Part shown: positions 1 to 15,290 of the stretch, one piece after another
Layout: each line of letters opens with the position of its first letter
Position numbering within the stretch: the first letter of the stretch is position 1
Assembly (NCBI GenBank): GCA_964016885.1
Contig: OZ024741.1
Coordinates: 284,332,001-284,396,000, forward strand
Source of the DNA: Eledone cirrhosa
Lineage: Eukaryota
Length of the DNA stretch: 64,000 nucleotides
Direction of reading: 5' to 3'
Made by a program: the position numbers and the translations under genes
Notes under the pieces: model-generated
Told to the model about the DNA's origin: nothing
Seen by the model: only the letters and a program-made list of their open reading frames with translations
Database searches by the model: none

Positions 1-49
1 CGTAAATACATGCACACACATAGACATATATATACATATTATAAAGAGT

Positions 50-165
50 CATTACTGGTACTTTATTTTATCGACCCTGTAAGGATGAAAGGCAAAGTTA
101 ACCTCGGCGGGATTTGAACTCAGAATGGAAAGGGCCGTAAATCTTTGCGTCAAAGCATGGCGTCA
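50..165 (-). mobile_element. tRNA-derived SINE fragment (main SINE family of the window)
   Basis: Reverse complement of the core 'ctgagttcaaatcccgccgaggttaactttgcctttcatccttacggggtcgataaaataaagtaccag' seen in the fuller copies at 53159 and 61143. Confidence 0.85.
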
Positions 166-209
166 AAGATCAAAATAATGCACACAAACACACATCCTCC
201 TCCTCCTCC

Positions 210-905
210 TCATCATCGCTTAACATCTATCTTCCATGCTAGCATGGGTTAGACAGGAATTGTCCCACTTGAGGCAAGATTGGTCGGGTGACCGTGTCTT
301 GCTCGTATAGGACTGTATCTGGCAGCTTTTCTATGACTGGAGGCCCTTCCTAACACCAATCACATTTGCAGTGTGGACTGGGAGCCTTTTTAACGTGTCT
401 CCTACACGACCACTTTACAGCTTGGACTGGGTGCTTCTTGACGTGACACACCTACATGAGCACTTTAGTGTGGACTGGATGTTCTGTGGTACCAACATAA
501 CTTTACAGAGAAAGGGTGGTGTGGGTGGAAGTGGGAGGATGGAGTAGGGGTAATGGGTTGGGGTGTATATTTGGTTAAGAAGTGCCTACTGACTGTAGGT
601 TTAACTTTGTATGTAAGGGAAGGCGGGTCTTCTGTATTACTGCGTAGCACCAAAGGTCTCAATTCAGTGACATTGTCTTAGAGAGGTCGGATTTTATCAT
701 ATCCAAGGTTTTTCTGGACCTACCTACTCCGTAGCTTCCATCAATTTTGATCACCCTGCACCTTTTTTATACAGCTGTCATCTTTCATGCGCATCACATG
801 ACCATACCAACATAATCTCCTCTCAAGTAAACAGCATCTGATCCCTCTTATTCCTAATTTCTCACTTAGTTCATTTATGTTTTGCCATTCGTGTTTATCA
901 TTGCC
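210..905 (-). mobile_element. RTE-type LINE 3' end / tail with a short internal tandem repeat
   Basis: Minus strand 770-900 reads like ELSEKLGIRGIRCCLLERRLCWYGHVMRMKD (RTE C-terminus). The tail 'catgctagcatggaagatagatgttaa(gat)n' recurs near 32600, 39240 and 42380. Confidence 0.65.
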
Positions 906-929
906 CTACAGGCTATAACAGAAGAGTTT

Positions 930-2620
930 AAGACCGGTTGCCCATGGGAACTTCTGTATGCAGATAATCTAATTCTCATGATGTCGAGGCTGATGTTAGG
1001 CCTCTGTCTCCCTGCTTACGTTTCAATTATAGGCGGTCTATGTCAGTGTTGATGTGGAAGTTTCCGGTGTTGTTTAGTATTTTTTTAGTCCTAACATCAA
1101 TTGCTTGGATTTCGTCTATTGTCCAATTGAGTATTCCAAACGTTGGTGTTAGGACAGGCACAGCAAACACATTGTGAACCACTGTTTTATTGTATGCAGA
1201 GATTTCAGATGATAATATTTTTCTTAATCGGTTGTAATATTCCCTGGTTACGTGTCCCTTGTTACAGATATCCTCAGAGGATATATTCTCATCTATCCCT
1301 AGGTATCTGTAGCAGTCTTCGTCAGATATTGGTGAGACAGTTCGGCCATTGATGACAATGTTGTTAGATTGGGTTGTAGTTTTTCCACGCTTTACAATCA
1401 TATATGAACATTTATCTTGGCCAAACTTTATTCCTATCTCCGTTGAGAACATTGTAACCTGGTTAAGAATTTTCTTCATCCCATTTATATTCTTGGCATA
1501 GAGTTTCAGGTTATCCACAAAGAAATTATGGGTTAAGTTCGAATTCCTGTCCTCCTGTGAACTAATTTTGTATCCTTCACATTTCTTGAGGACAAGGGGT
1601 TTTAATGACAAGATAAATAGTAACACAGAGAGACTGTCTCCTTAAAATATAACACAGTGATATTCTATTTTATCAGTAACTTTAGGATGGTAGCCCAAGA
1701 AGAAGATAATTTCTCTATGGCTCTGATAAGTGTCTGGGACTTTAGCAAGTTGGAGGGCCTCTATCATCCAAGAGTGGGGAACAGAATCAATTGCTTTCCT
1801 TTAGTCCAGCCAGACTATAACCATATTCTTCCTAAGTTGACACATCTCTAACATCGCAGTTTTGTTAATTAGGAGTTGTTCAGCACACCCCCAAACACCG
1901 TTCTTCCCGGCTGCTTGCTCATCTGTGATGATGTTATTATTGTCGCAGTGATCTTGGAAAAATAGGTTCAAACAGGCTGTATACATTTTATACATCAGCT
2001 TCTGGTATGCAATGGGTCAGTAGTGTTATGCCAAGTGGGTGTCTTTGTTCTTGGAGACCAATATTGTATGTGCTAATGTCAACTACACTGGTATATGTGC
2101 ATCACCCACGAGAGCTTGCTGGTAGAAATTGATAAGATACATCCAATAGAGTGTCAGTCTTTTGTACCAGTGGCCGAGAATCAAGTCTATTCCTGATGTT
2201 TTCCTATCTTGAAGTTTTCCTTTCACAGTCTCTAGGGTACTATCATTTATTTTGTATGTTTTTATTGCAGTGTAGAGGTAGTAGTTTTTTGGGGTTTCTT
2301 TTAGCCACACTGCATCTTGGTTGAAATTCTTCTTTTCACCCCATATTTTTCTCCAAAAAGAATCTATGTCTTTCTGGGATGGGGCCTCAGTTATATTTAT
2401 TACTTTGTCCTTCCTATCTTTATAGACTGATGTTTAGTTTTGTCTGAATCTTTTATTAATCATTTTTCTTTCAGCTACCCTATTCTGGAATTGAAGTTGC
2501 TCACTGACCGCTCTCAATTCTAGTTTGCTGGTGATCAGCTTGTATTGAAAGGTTCTGGTTGTATTGCCTATAAACATCGTTTGTTTTATTTTCACTCTTT
2601 GTTGGTGAGGTGTGTAGTTT
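930..2620 (-). mobile_element. Decayed R4/Dong-like (RLE) non-LTR retrotransposon, RT region
   Basis: ORFs 1027-1626, 1801-1995 and 2083-2310: EQAAGKNGVWGCAEQLLIN, VWLD, FVDNLKLYA, FGQDKC, YRYLGI, AVPVLT, FHINTDIDRL. Multiple stops and frameshifts. Confidence 0.85.
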
Positions 2621-2624
2621 TTTT

Positions 2625-3570
2625 ATTTGGGACAGGCTGGGACTTAGCCCGGTAGACGTCCCTCCTGCTTCTCCCCCTGCTGACGTCAAGTACCCCCAAA
2701 GCGTATGTGATGCCATCCAGTGCAGCCTGGCCTTAGACAGACTCATGCGCCAGCTCGACCAGTACCACTTTGCCTGTTTTCGCGCGGCCTCCAAACCCCA
2801 CAGTGGTGCCTGGCTCCATGTCTTGCCCTCCTTCTCCACTGACACGTAGCTGGATAACGATAGTCTGCGCATCGGCGTTTCCTTGAGGCTTGGACTCCGG
2901 ATCTGTGAGCCACATAAATGTCGCTGTGGATCCCCCGTGGACTCTTTCGGACTCTACACGCTTTCCTGTTGCCACAGTGCCGGCGGCCTTCCACGCCATG
3001 CTGCCCTCAACGAGGTCATTAAACATGGCTTGGACGCTGCAGGCTTCCCCTCCCAGCTCGAGCCAGAGGAGGCCAAACTCTCAAAATACCGGTCGTTCTC
3101 CAACAGGTTCGCGGTCGTGCACTTGGCAGTGGAGACTTCTGGTGTCCTTGGCCTATGGTGGTGAATAGGGCTACCTCCAATTCACCACCATAGGCGCTGA
3201 TCTGGCCAGCCGCAGGTGTGAACCTCGCGAGTTGGAATGGCTCTTCCAGCGCATCTCCCTTCTCACCCTCCGGGAAAACGTCTTCTCCATCCTGTCCGCC
3301 AGGGCTGTGGTGAGGCCAGTACATGGGACCCCATTTGCTCACCATACGGATTAATAGGCAAAGTTATAAACTATTGTTTCTACCGGCTGGAAGTTGGTGT
3401 TACAGTAGTAAGTAAATTTTGTTTACCTGTCTCATTGCTTTTCTTCGGTAAATTGTCCTCATTGCTTGTGTTCGGTAAATTGTTGTTGTGTCCGTTCACC
3501 CATGCCGTTTGTAGAAAATCCTTGTAAAATGAATTAAGTATTTGATCAGATATCTCTACGAATTCGAATA
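2625..3570 (+). mobile_element. CRE-like non-LTR retrotransposon 3' fragment (CCHC + RLE region)
   Basis: [46 protein letters not shown]; homologous to the C-terminus of the element at 49005-52160. Internally deleted, and the RPDG motif is missing. Confidence 0.8.
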
Positions 3571-3890
3571 AAAGGTGTCTTCAGTGGATATAGTTAGAAG
3601 AATACCCAGTTATTCAACACGACTGGTAATTATGGCATTACTGTCGGAGATAGTATTCATCTTAAATTTAATGAATAGTCTCCCACGCCAGAATATGCGA
3701 CTGTTGTATGTATGTATCTGCACATTTATGTTTGTGTGCTTGCATGCCATTGCATATGTGAATATGTCCATTTTGACTTATGTATTTAAATAACGATTGT
3801 GAGTTGGGGGGGGGGGGGTAAACAGGTATGGCAAAAACAAAAAAAGGAAGGTAACGATAAAATTATAACAATGAAAATTCCCCAATATGG

Positions 3891-6280
3891 GAAGAGAGGT
3901 AGACAGGTATGTAGTCTTGGGATTTAATTACCTGAGGGGGAGTTAATTGGTGACCCTGAGCATAGTGGATACTGATATTTGGGCATTTTCAGGCTGGACA
4001 AAGTTATAAATGAAAAGATGAAAGGAAATGTGAAGGAAGTGTATCTAAATAGGCTAGAGTGGCTACTGAAAACGAAATTGTGATGGAAGAACTTGATTAC
4101 CGCTATCAATGCCTGGGCTGTGCCAGTTATTAGATATAGAGTGGCCATTTTGAATTAGACCAAAGTAAAGATAGAGAAGTTGGATAGGCTAACATGAAAG
4201 AAAATGGTTGGCAATGGTGCATTCCATCTAAAGGCAATTAAATCCCACCACTACATACCTGTCTACCTCTCTTCAAAGTCAGGGTGGCACACTTTGCAAT
4301 ATCAAACTTCATCCCAATGTCTTTCCAGTACCAGTGAACAGTTATGACCAGTGTGATATTCACTCTTGCCAAAGAGATTTAGATTATACATAAAAAGTAA
4401 TGATTGATTTTAGGTCCTCTGTTTTCAATCTGATAGCCAATATCTCTCTCCCATAAGATCATTAATAATGAATTTATGGCAATCACAAAGAGCGATAATG
4501 AGAAGGAATCTCCTTTAAATATTCCTCTTCTTATATTGACAATACCTAGGTGTTTATTTCTTGCATACAGGTTTGTCTTCCACAAACGCATGCTAGATTC
4601 CTTTACATTAATAACACAGTCTGCTTTTCCAAACATTCTTAAAAATTTCAGTACCCCAAAATGTGGGGCCATGTCAAAGTCTATCCAAGCCATGCACAAC
4701 TTCTTTAGATGTCTTTTTCAATTATTCATTATTGCCTTGTCAACAGCAAGATGGTTTTTGGTTCCCTGAGAATTTTTCCTACATCCCTTCTCCTCAACAT
4801 GTAGTATCTCATTCTGAAGCAAATGATCATACACTTCTGCAGTAAAGATGCCTGTCAACAGTTTCCAAAACAAATTCAAGCACACAATCTACCTTTAATT
4901 TCAAACTAACAAGCCTTTCTTTTTATCTTTCATTATCAAAGTTGTGTTCTGTTCAATTATCCAACTTGGAACTCCTCTTGTAATACACAATCATTTAGGT
5001 ACTTCCTTAGGCTTTACATCTTTTCAACCAGAACCCTTGGATCCTATCTGGTCAAAGAGATTTCCAGTTTGTCATTTTCTTAACTTGCTCTTGAACATCT
5101 TCCTTTGAAATTCTTTTCTATTTCTGTTTTGGTTCTACAATTCCCCATAAATTCAACTAAACATTGTATGGATTTTTTAGCATTGGGTGCAACTTACACA
5201 CCATTTTCCTCTAACAGTGTTCTAAGGAACAATTTTTGATTTACAAAAAAAAACACAAAAACAATCTGTTCTGTTTGTATTGTTTTTGTCTATTTGCATA
5301 ATGCCTAACCCGGTTAGATTTTTGCCTTAATTTTCTGTATCACTTCTTCCATCACTACGTTCAGAATTTTCAACTTTATTTCATATGTTCTTTCTCCCCA
5401 ACTTTGACTTTTTTCCATTTTCCTCTATGCCATGCATCCATTTTACTGAAATCTTTTCTGAGATAAGTTATATCACCAGTAACCTTACAATGCTAATTAA
5501 TTTTCTCAAGTCGGTGATACCATTAGTTTCTATATAGATCATTGCATGGTTTACTCTGGTTGTTTCAGTCGCTAAACAACTTATCTCTATATTCCAAACA
5601 TCCAGCGGAGTCTTATTGAATCTAGGATCATTAAACAGATCTTTCAATCTTTTGATAATTAGACTTGTTTCTTTCCCTTCTTCATTTTCATTTTTATTCA
5701 AACTTTCAATGTCCATATCATCAACCAATTGATTTCCCACTCTCTCCACATTTAGTGGTTCATCAATTTTCTCCCTTATCAGGGCTAATTCTGCCTTAAC
5801 CTTTAGGATGCTGAATTTTTTTAATGAATTGCTTCCCTTGACACTGCATTATGTATTAAGGGGAGATTAGTCTCTTGTCGTAATTTGTCGCCAACAGCAT
5901 GCTGAAGGTTAATTGATTCATTTTGCTTGTGATCTCTATGTTTCCCCCTTTCCACATTTGCATCAACTAAGATACCTTTAGTATTAACATTCAAGCTTTG
6001 TATTTCAACTTCCAGGGCCTCTAATTCAATCTTGGTGAACCAATTGCTACGTTTAATTTTCCTTATCAGTTCCACCAAATTGTTCACTCTGATTTCAAAC
6101 ATTCCAAACATTTTCCATTGCTGAAGTTCCTGTTCACCCACACCACGTGCTCCTTCTTTTGCAAGAATATAACACCTGATTGCAATTTTGTTATCTTCTT
6201 TGCTCCATCTCCTACCTGTTTCATTGCATCATTTTATTTTGTAAACCTGTTTGAGATACTTACTCTAGAGGGTGATTATA
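3891..6280 (-). mobile_element. Decayed R4/Dong-like LINE with an inverted 3' segment
   Basis: Minus ORF 4379-4699 has MAWIDF, RRGIFKGDSFS, INHYF. The post-RT region (YLGI, NLITAINAWAVPVIRY) lies on the + strand at 3891-4240. Confidence 0.8.
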
Positions 6281-6454
6281 TGGCAAGATTAAAGAGCTCG
6301 TCCTGCCCACGAAACATCATCATTCTTCTTCTTCTTCTTCTATTACTTATTTATGGCTCTGTACCTACTGAAACCAAATCCTACAGAGATCAACTTCGCC
6401 TTTCATCTTTCTAGGGTTTGATAAAATAAAGTAGCAGTAATGCATGTGTCAATT

Positions 6455-6912
6455 GAACGCATTTGAAAGGGTTGAAGACAAGCACTTTCCTCTTCGGTAA
6501 CGCCCTCATTAACTTTTTCAGGTTTCACCTGAAAAGGACAATCAGGATGGAGAAAGAAGTGCTGCCTTCCAGTCAGTTTGTTGAAAGGTGGGTGAGAGAG
6601 GCAAGAATGGCCCGTGTGAATGGGCCTGCCGTAAGCGTGTGCCTGTAGTATCATATGAGGAAAACTAGGAGAGGGTGCTTGCCCTATCGATCAGGATGAC
6701 CGTGACTTTTTTGTGGGTTTTCTCCATGAGTGACACTCGGAAGTGCCCCCCCCCCCATTGGGGAATATTCCTGTTTCATTTTTTTGTTACTTCCTTTGTT
6801 ATTGTTTTTCTTTACACGCATAAATGCCCATTTGTACCGTACTGAGCTGTCCTTATTGTTATACTTTATGTCAACCCTTGTGGTTAATAAAGAAAGCATT
6901 ATTATTATTATT
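6455..6912 (+). mobile_element. 5'-truncated Tx1-like LINE copy (3' end of ORF2 + 3' UTR + (ATT)n)
   Basis: ORF 6463-6648 (FFRFHLKRTIRMEKEVL..FVERWVREARMARVNGP) and the UTR closely match 60400-60845. Confidence 0.9.
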
Positions 6913-7149
6913 ACAGGTATCAACAATGAAAGGAATATCACGTCAAATTCTGGTGCCTTTACTACAACTACTGATTCTACAGCAACAACTACAACAGTTA
7001 CTAGTTTCTAGCCAAGGTTTTTATTACCAACTTTAATAACTTATAACACTAGAAACAACAAAAAAATACCCAACAATGATGCAAAACTGATGTTTCTAAA
7101 ATGTAGGGCTGCACATATCTTGGCAACATCTGCTATTGTTGTATAGAAC

Positions 7150-8488
<1,339 letters not shown>

Positions 8489-9034
8489 ATAAAATATTAA
8501 ACAAATAATGAACAAACAATTCCTTATATTAAACAAAAAAAGTTCACTATTTAACGATCGTTTCTAGGGTATATATGTGTTATAATTGGTATGCATATTT
8601 AACAGATCTATGTACAAAATTATACAAAATTATACAAATTATCAAGATTAAATATACATACCTAACTCATATATACGCCGTCTTCAGAAATAATTCTGAA
8701 GACGGCGTATATATGAGTTAGGTATGTATATTTAATCTTGATAATTTGTATAATTTGTATAATTTTGTATAATTTTGTACATAGATCTGTTAAATATGCA
8801 TACCAATTATAACACATATATACCCTAGAAACGATCGTTAAATAGTGAACTTTTTTTGTTTAATATAAGGAATTGTTTGTTCATTATTTGTTTAATATTT
8901 TATCTTGACTCTGTATACCGTTTATCTTTCACCGAAATTGGATTTTCATTACATCTCTTCTTTCCATGATATCCGGAATACATTGAGTTCTTCATACGGA
9001 TTGGACACTACCGTAAACTCTTGGTAGATTTATC

Positions 9035-9036
<2 letters not shown>
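8489..9036 (+). mobile_element. Penelope-like element terminus: fold-back pLTR (arms 8489-8689 / 8694-8903) plus unique 3' tail
   Basis: Near-perfect ~200 bp inverted repeat with a 4-nt loop and one extra 9-nt unit in the right arm. Carries a hammerhead-like motif and is flanked by (TA)n on both sides. Confidence 0.7.
8691..8845 (+). ncRNA. Hammerhead-ribozyme-like motif (type I) with very long stem II
   Basis: CTGAAGA 8696-8702; gtatatatg/catatatac and ggtatgtatatttaa/ttaaatatgcatacc pairings; GAAAC-GATC-GTT 8828-8839. The base of stem II and stem I are imperfect. A mirror copy lies on the minus strand in the left arm. Confidence 0.5.
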
Positions 9037-10184
<1,148 letters not shown>

Positions 10185-10320
10185 TAGAAGGGGTATTTAA
10201 TTTGTTGGAAGTCCGACAAATATAAATGTTTATAACTGATTTAGAGCACTCAACAGTTTACTGGAGTAAATATTAAATGATATTAAATAAATGGAAACAA
10301 TATTTATAAAACCATATTTA

Positions 10321-10380
10321 TTTTATTATATATATTTCATGGATACCAAGACAACATTGGTACGCTTTCATCAGATAAAA
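10321..10380 (-). ncRNA. Type I hammerhead ribozyme (PLE pLTR copy)
   Basis: Reverse complement: ttttat-CTGATGA-aagcgtaccaa(tgttgtc)ttggtatccat-GAAA-t(atat)a-TA-ataaaa. One extra mismatch at the base of stem II. Confidence 0.7.
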
Positions 10381-13037
10381 TAAAATACAAAGTTTGTTTT
10401 ATAAATAGAGACGTACCCATGAAAATCATACCTTATCGGTTGGAAATTCACTGGATAGTGGAAATATATTAGGGTTTATTCAAACTTATGTGTGAATATG
10501 CAAATGAATATGTAAATAATTGAAAAACAACCGTTTATTTAAACTACACTGGAGAAAGAGAGAGAGAAGATATAAGGGGAGAAAGATAAAAAAATAGTAC
10601 GAGAGAGAGAGAAGAAATAAACAAGTGAGGACGAATAAAACTCATATAACGTTAATTTGGGGGAAATATATTCTAAGTATATATCTTAAGAGTACGTGTA
10701 TTTACGATTATTAGTTATTTAAAATTCGTTTATAATGTAATATTTTCTGTTATAAGTAGATAGATAAATAAATAAATAAATAAATAAATGGGTATCTCAT
10801 GTTATAGATAATTGTTTTAATGAGTTATGAGGGATATTGGTTTTGTATTTAATGTAAGTAAATATTAAGTCAAATTAAATTAAATTAACTGAATTAATAA
10901 GAATATTTATATTTATTTATTTTAAAATGGGAAGATACGGAAAAACTCCAGTTTAATTTATTTATTCGTTAGTATGAGACTATTTAGTCAAAATAAGTAT
11001 AAATGTTGAAAGATATATTTAGCCAGAATCAGTTAGTGGTTATAAATCTAATAAAAAATATTGAAAAAATATTAAAAATTTGAGAAAATAAAAAAAAAAG
11101 GATTTATAAGAGATAAGTAATTTTTAAAAGAAATAAAAATTAAAGAAATAAAAATAAAGAATTAAAAATTATTAAGATTAAAATTACAATTAAAATTAAA
11201 GATTAAAATTAAAATTAAAAAAAAAATTAGAATTATATATGTATATATTTTATGAAACTTTAAGAAGTGGAATTATAGAAAATGTTATAGATATTATGAT
11301 TTAGAGATATCAATATATTAAAACCAAGTGGATATGATTGTTATGGAAATAAGTAAAAATATTATAAATATAATTATAATTTATATATAGTTCTGAATGT
11401 TGAATTCAGGCGATGTCTACAAGAATTAAATAAATTCGTTCTTAGATTAATAGAGTTCTTACATTTAAGTATGAAAAAATTTTCCTCAACACACAATTTG
11501 CAGAATCTAGATAAAGTTGTGTTTCGGTACGCGGGTGCTTTCGTAACTATTTCCCAAGTTAATGAATAGTCCATATTCTTGCATTTTAAGTTCCATACCA
11601 GGTTTGAAAGAGAAGTTGAAGATTCTTTTCATCAAATCTTCGGAAATAACATTTGTGATTATTCCAGCGACTTTTAAATTCTGTAGAAGTCGCACCTACA
11701 TAGTTAAATATATTATCACTGTTTTTGACTGTACATTTATAGACCACGTCCTTATCTAAACACTTATTTTGTAAAGGACAGTTTGATTTAATTCTACAGT
11801 TACATTTTGCGGAGTTGTTGTTATTCAGCTTCAACTTCTCTTTCAAACCTGGTATGGAACTTAAAATGCAAGAATTTGGACTATTCATTAACTTGGGAAA
11901 TAGTTACGAAAGCACCCGCGTACTGAAACACAACTTTATCTAGATTCTGCAAATTGTGTGTTGAGGAAAATTTTTTCATACTTAAATGTAAGAACTCTAT
12001 TAATCTAAGAACGAATTTATTTAATTCTTGTAGACATCGCCTGAATTCAACATTCAGAACTATATATAAATTATAATTATACTTATAATATTTCTACTTA
12101 TTTCCATAACAATCTTATCCACTTGGTTTTAATATATTGATATCTCTAAATCATATCTATAACATTTTCTATAATTCCACTTCTTAAAGTTTCATAAAAT
12201 ATATACATATATAATTCTAATTTTTTTTTAATTTAAATTTTTAATTTTAATTGTAATTTTAATAATTTTTAATTCTTTATTTTTATTTCTTTAATTTTTA
12301 TTTCTTTTAAAAATTACTTATCTCTTATAAATCCTTTGATAATTTTTTTATTTTCTCAAATTTTTAATATTTTTTCAATATTTTTTATTAGATTTATAAC
12401 CACTAACTGATTCTGGCTAAATATATCTTTCAACATTTATACTTATTTTGACTAAATAAATTAAACTGGAGTTTTTCCGTATCTTCCCATTTTAAAATAA
12501 ATAAATATAAATATTCTTATTAATTCAGTTAATTTAATTTAATTTAACTTAATATTTACTTACATTAAATACAAAACCAATATCCCTCATAACTCATTAA
12601 AACAATTATCTATAACATGATATACCCATTTATTTATTTATTTATTTATTTATTTATCTATCTACTTATAACAGAAAATATTATATTATAAACGAATTTT
12701 AAACAACTAATAATCGTAAATATACGCACTCTTAAGATATATACTTAGAATATATTTCCCCCAAATTAACGTTATATGAGTTTTATTCATCCTCTCTTGT
12801 TTATTTCTTCTCTCTCTCTCGTACTATTTTTTTTATCTTTCTTCCCTTATATCTTCTCTCTCTCTTTCTCCAGTGTAGTTTAAATAAACGGTTGTTTTTC
12901 AATTATTTACATATTCATTTGTATATTCACACATAAGTTTGAATAAACCCTAATATATTTCCACTATCCAGTGAATTTCCAACCGATAAGGTATGATTTT
13001 CATGGGTACGTCTCTATTTATAAAACAAACTTTGTAT

Positions 13038-13095
13038 TTTATCTGATGAAAGCGTGCCAATGTTGTCTTGGTACCCTTGAAATATATATAATAAA
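13038..13095 (+). ncRNA. Type I hammerhead ribozyme (PLE pLTR copy)
   Basis: Stem I tttat/ataaa; CTGATGA 13043-13049; stem II aag-c-gtgccaa/ttggtac-c-ctt; GAAA 13079-13082; minimal stem III with palindromic ATAT loop; AUA cleavage triplet ending at 13090. Confidence 0.8.
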
Positions 13096-13146
13096 TAAAT
13101 ATGGTTTTATAAATATAGTTTCCATTTATTTAATATCATTTAATAT

Positions 13147-13427
<281 letters not shown>

Positions 13428-13440
13428 CTATATATATATA

Positions 13441-14460
13441 AAAGGAAAGTACAAACAAGGGACAGTCCCTTCTTCAGTTGTCTGCTGGAGGTCTCCGACA
13501 TTTCAACACATTAAAGACAATATGTCTATCTCCATTGTGTCAATAACTTTTGAAAGTTATTGGGGAAGGAAAAAAGGAGAGAGAAAAATAAATTAAACCG
13601 AAGGGATCACTTATACTCTCTTTCTCTCTGCTCTCTTACTACTTCCATTTTCTCTCGTCTCTGTCTCTTTTTGCCTACTCCTGCTGAGGTTAGACTTGTT
13701 TTTCTTCGCTCTCCCTATCTCGCTGTCAATAAAACCTCCTCTCTCTCCCTCTCTATCTCTTCCGGTTACTTACATACATGTGCTTCTCCTTGTGTTCCCC
13801 CCTTTATCAGTATGTTCTCTGCGTTTTTTCTTTTCTTCCCTTCTGTTTAATTTATTTTTTCTCTCTCCTTTTTTCCTTCCCCAATAACTTTGAAAAGTTA
13901 TTGACACACTGGAGATAGACATATTGTATTTAATGCATTGAAATGTCGGAGACTTCCAACAGACAACTGAAGAGAGGACTGTCCCTTGTTTGTGCTTTCC
14001 TTTTATTTCTAAATACACTTTATCAAGTAACCACACCCCCTTGTTTCTTCTCTCTCTCTCTCTCTTTGTCCCCTTACTACTTTTCCACTCCTACTCACTT
14101 CCATTTTACTTCGTCTCTTCCTCTCAGCACCTGTTCTCGCTACGATCAGATGTTCTTTTCTCTCTCTCCCGTTTGTTGTTAGTACAGGTTCAGAACTTAT
14201 GTTCAGCCCAAGTATTAACACTTTCCTCTGTCATCTAGGTTACTATCAAACTTTCATGTACTGCTGCCTCGTCTTTTCCCCTTTCTCTATCGGTATGTCT
14301 TTCTTTTTTGTTCGTTATCACCTATTATGTCTCTTTCCGGATAGCTATACATTTTAGATAAGCTATCAACGTGCTGTCTTTAATGCGTTCGAAACATCAG
14401 TGATCCACAGAAGATCGATGAGAGGGTATAGTCCTTGTGTTTCTCTCATGTTTTCTAAAT
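13441..14460 (+). mobile_element. PLE-like terminal region with inverted partial copy (13441-13607 / ~13838-14003)
   Basis: Diverged inverted repeat of ~165 bp, CT-rich UTR-like sequence, GAAATGTC...CTGAAGA motifs, a further degenerate copy at ~14370-14450, TA flanks. Confidence 0.5.
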
Positions 14461-14689
14461 ACTATATATATATATAGATAGATAACTTTCTTTTTATTTG
14501 CCACCAGGGCATCAAAGAGTGGGCGTACAATGGGGGGAGTTTACATAAAAAGTCGTCCTCAATAAGGAGGAGGCAATAACAAAATATAAAAATATAAAAT
14601 ATAACAAAAATAAATTGAATAACAAAATCCTCAATAGGGAGGAGGCGCCTTGGGTGGTCGCCCCCCCCCCAAAAAAAAAGTGTGCAACC

Positions 14690-15290
14690 CTTCTCCTCTC
14701 CTCCAGCGGGTCCTGTCAGAAACAACCATCTTCAACTGATCCGGCTGGATCCTCAAGTAACCAGCCAAGCTCATGGATGTTATGCCACCATCTTGATTAG
14801 GGGTTTCCTACCTGTTGGTTTCGCCTCTAAAATCTGTCCAGCGATTCTTTCCTGAGATATTCTAACAGCATGCTCTTAGTATTGGTGTTGTGATCTCTCA
14901 ATTCAGAGAAGAAGCGACTCTACCTGGAGTGACACTCTGATCTCCGAGCTATCTACTTCATCGAATAAATAAATAAATAAAAAAAAAATAAAAAAATAAA
15001 TAAAGAAATAAAGAAATAAAGAAATATATCTACTTCATCGAGTAACGTTACTCCACACACTCTTCGGAGGAATCCCATTTCGGCTGCTTGTATTCGCGAT
15101 CATATTCTTTCGGTCATTACCCAAGGGTTGGCATGAAAACCGAATTGAAGATAGTGAGTTTGGCTTTTATACCTACCTCCCTTCCTTCTGGTTACCGAAT
15201 GCAGAAGCTGGCTTTTGCAATTCTGGCACTTAATTCAGCCTCCTGCCTTCCATCACTCGTAAACACGGCCCTGAAGTACTTGAACAGTAG
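14690..15290 (-). mobile_element. RTE-type LINE 3' end
   Basis: Minus strand FKYFRAVFTSDGRQEAE..EVGIKAKL..AAEMGFLRRVCGVT; same family as 44660-45630. Confidence 0.8.

Noticed and set aside
350-510. Regularly spaced repeats (tggactgg) superficially CRISPR-like
   Set aside because: Degenerate tandem units within a retroposon tail in eukaryotic DNA; no unique spacers and no cas genes.
3575-3793. Possible signal-peptide first exon (MALLSEIVFILNLMNSL...)
   Set aside because: Weak hydrophobic core, ambiguous donor in a gtat repeat and no phase-1 end; unsupported.
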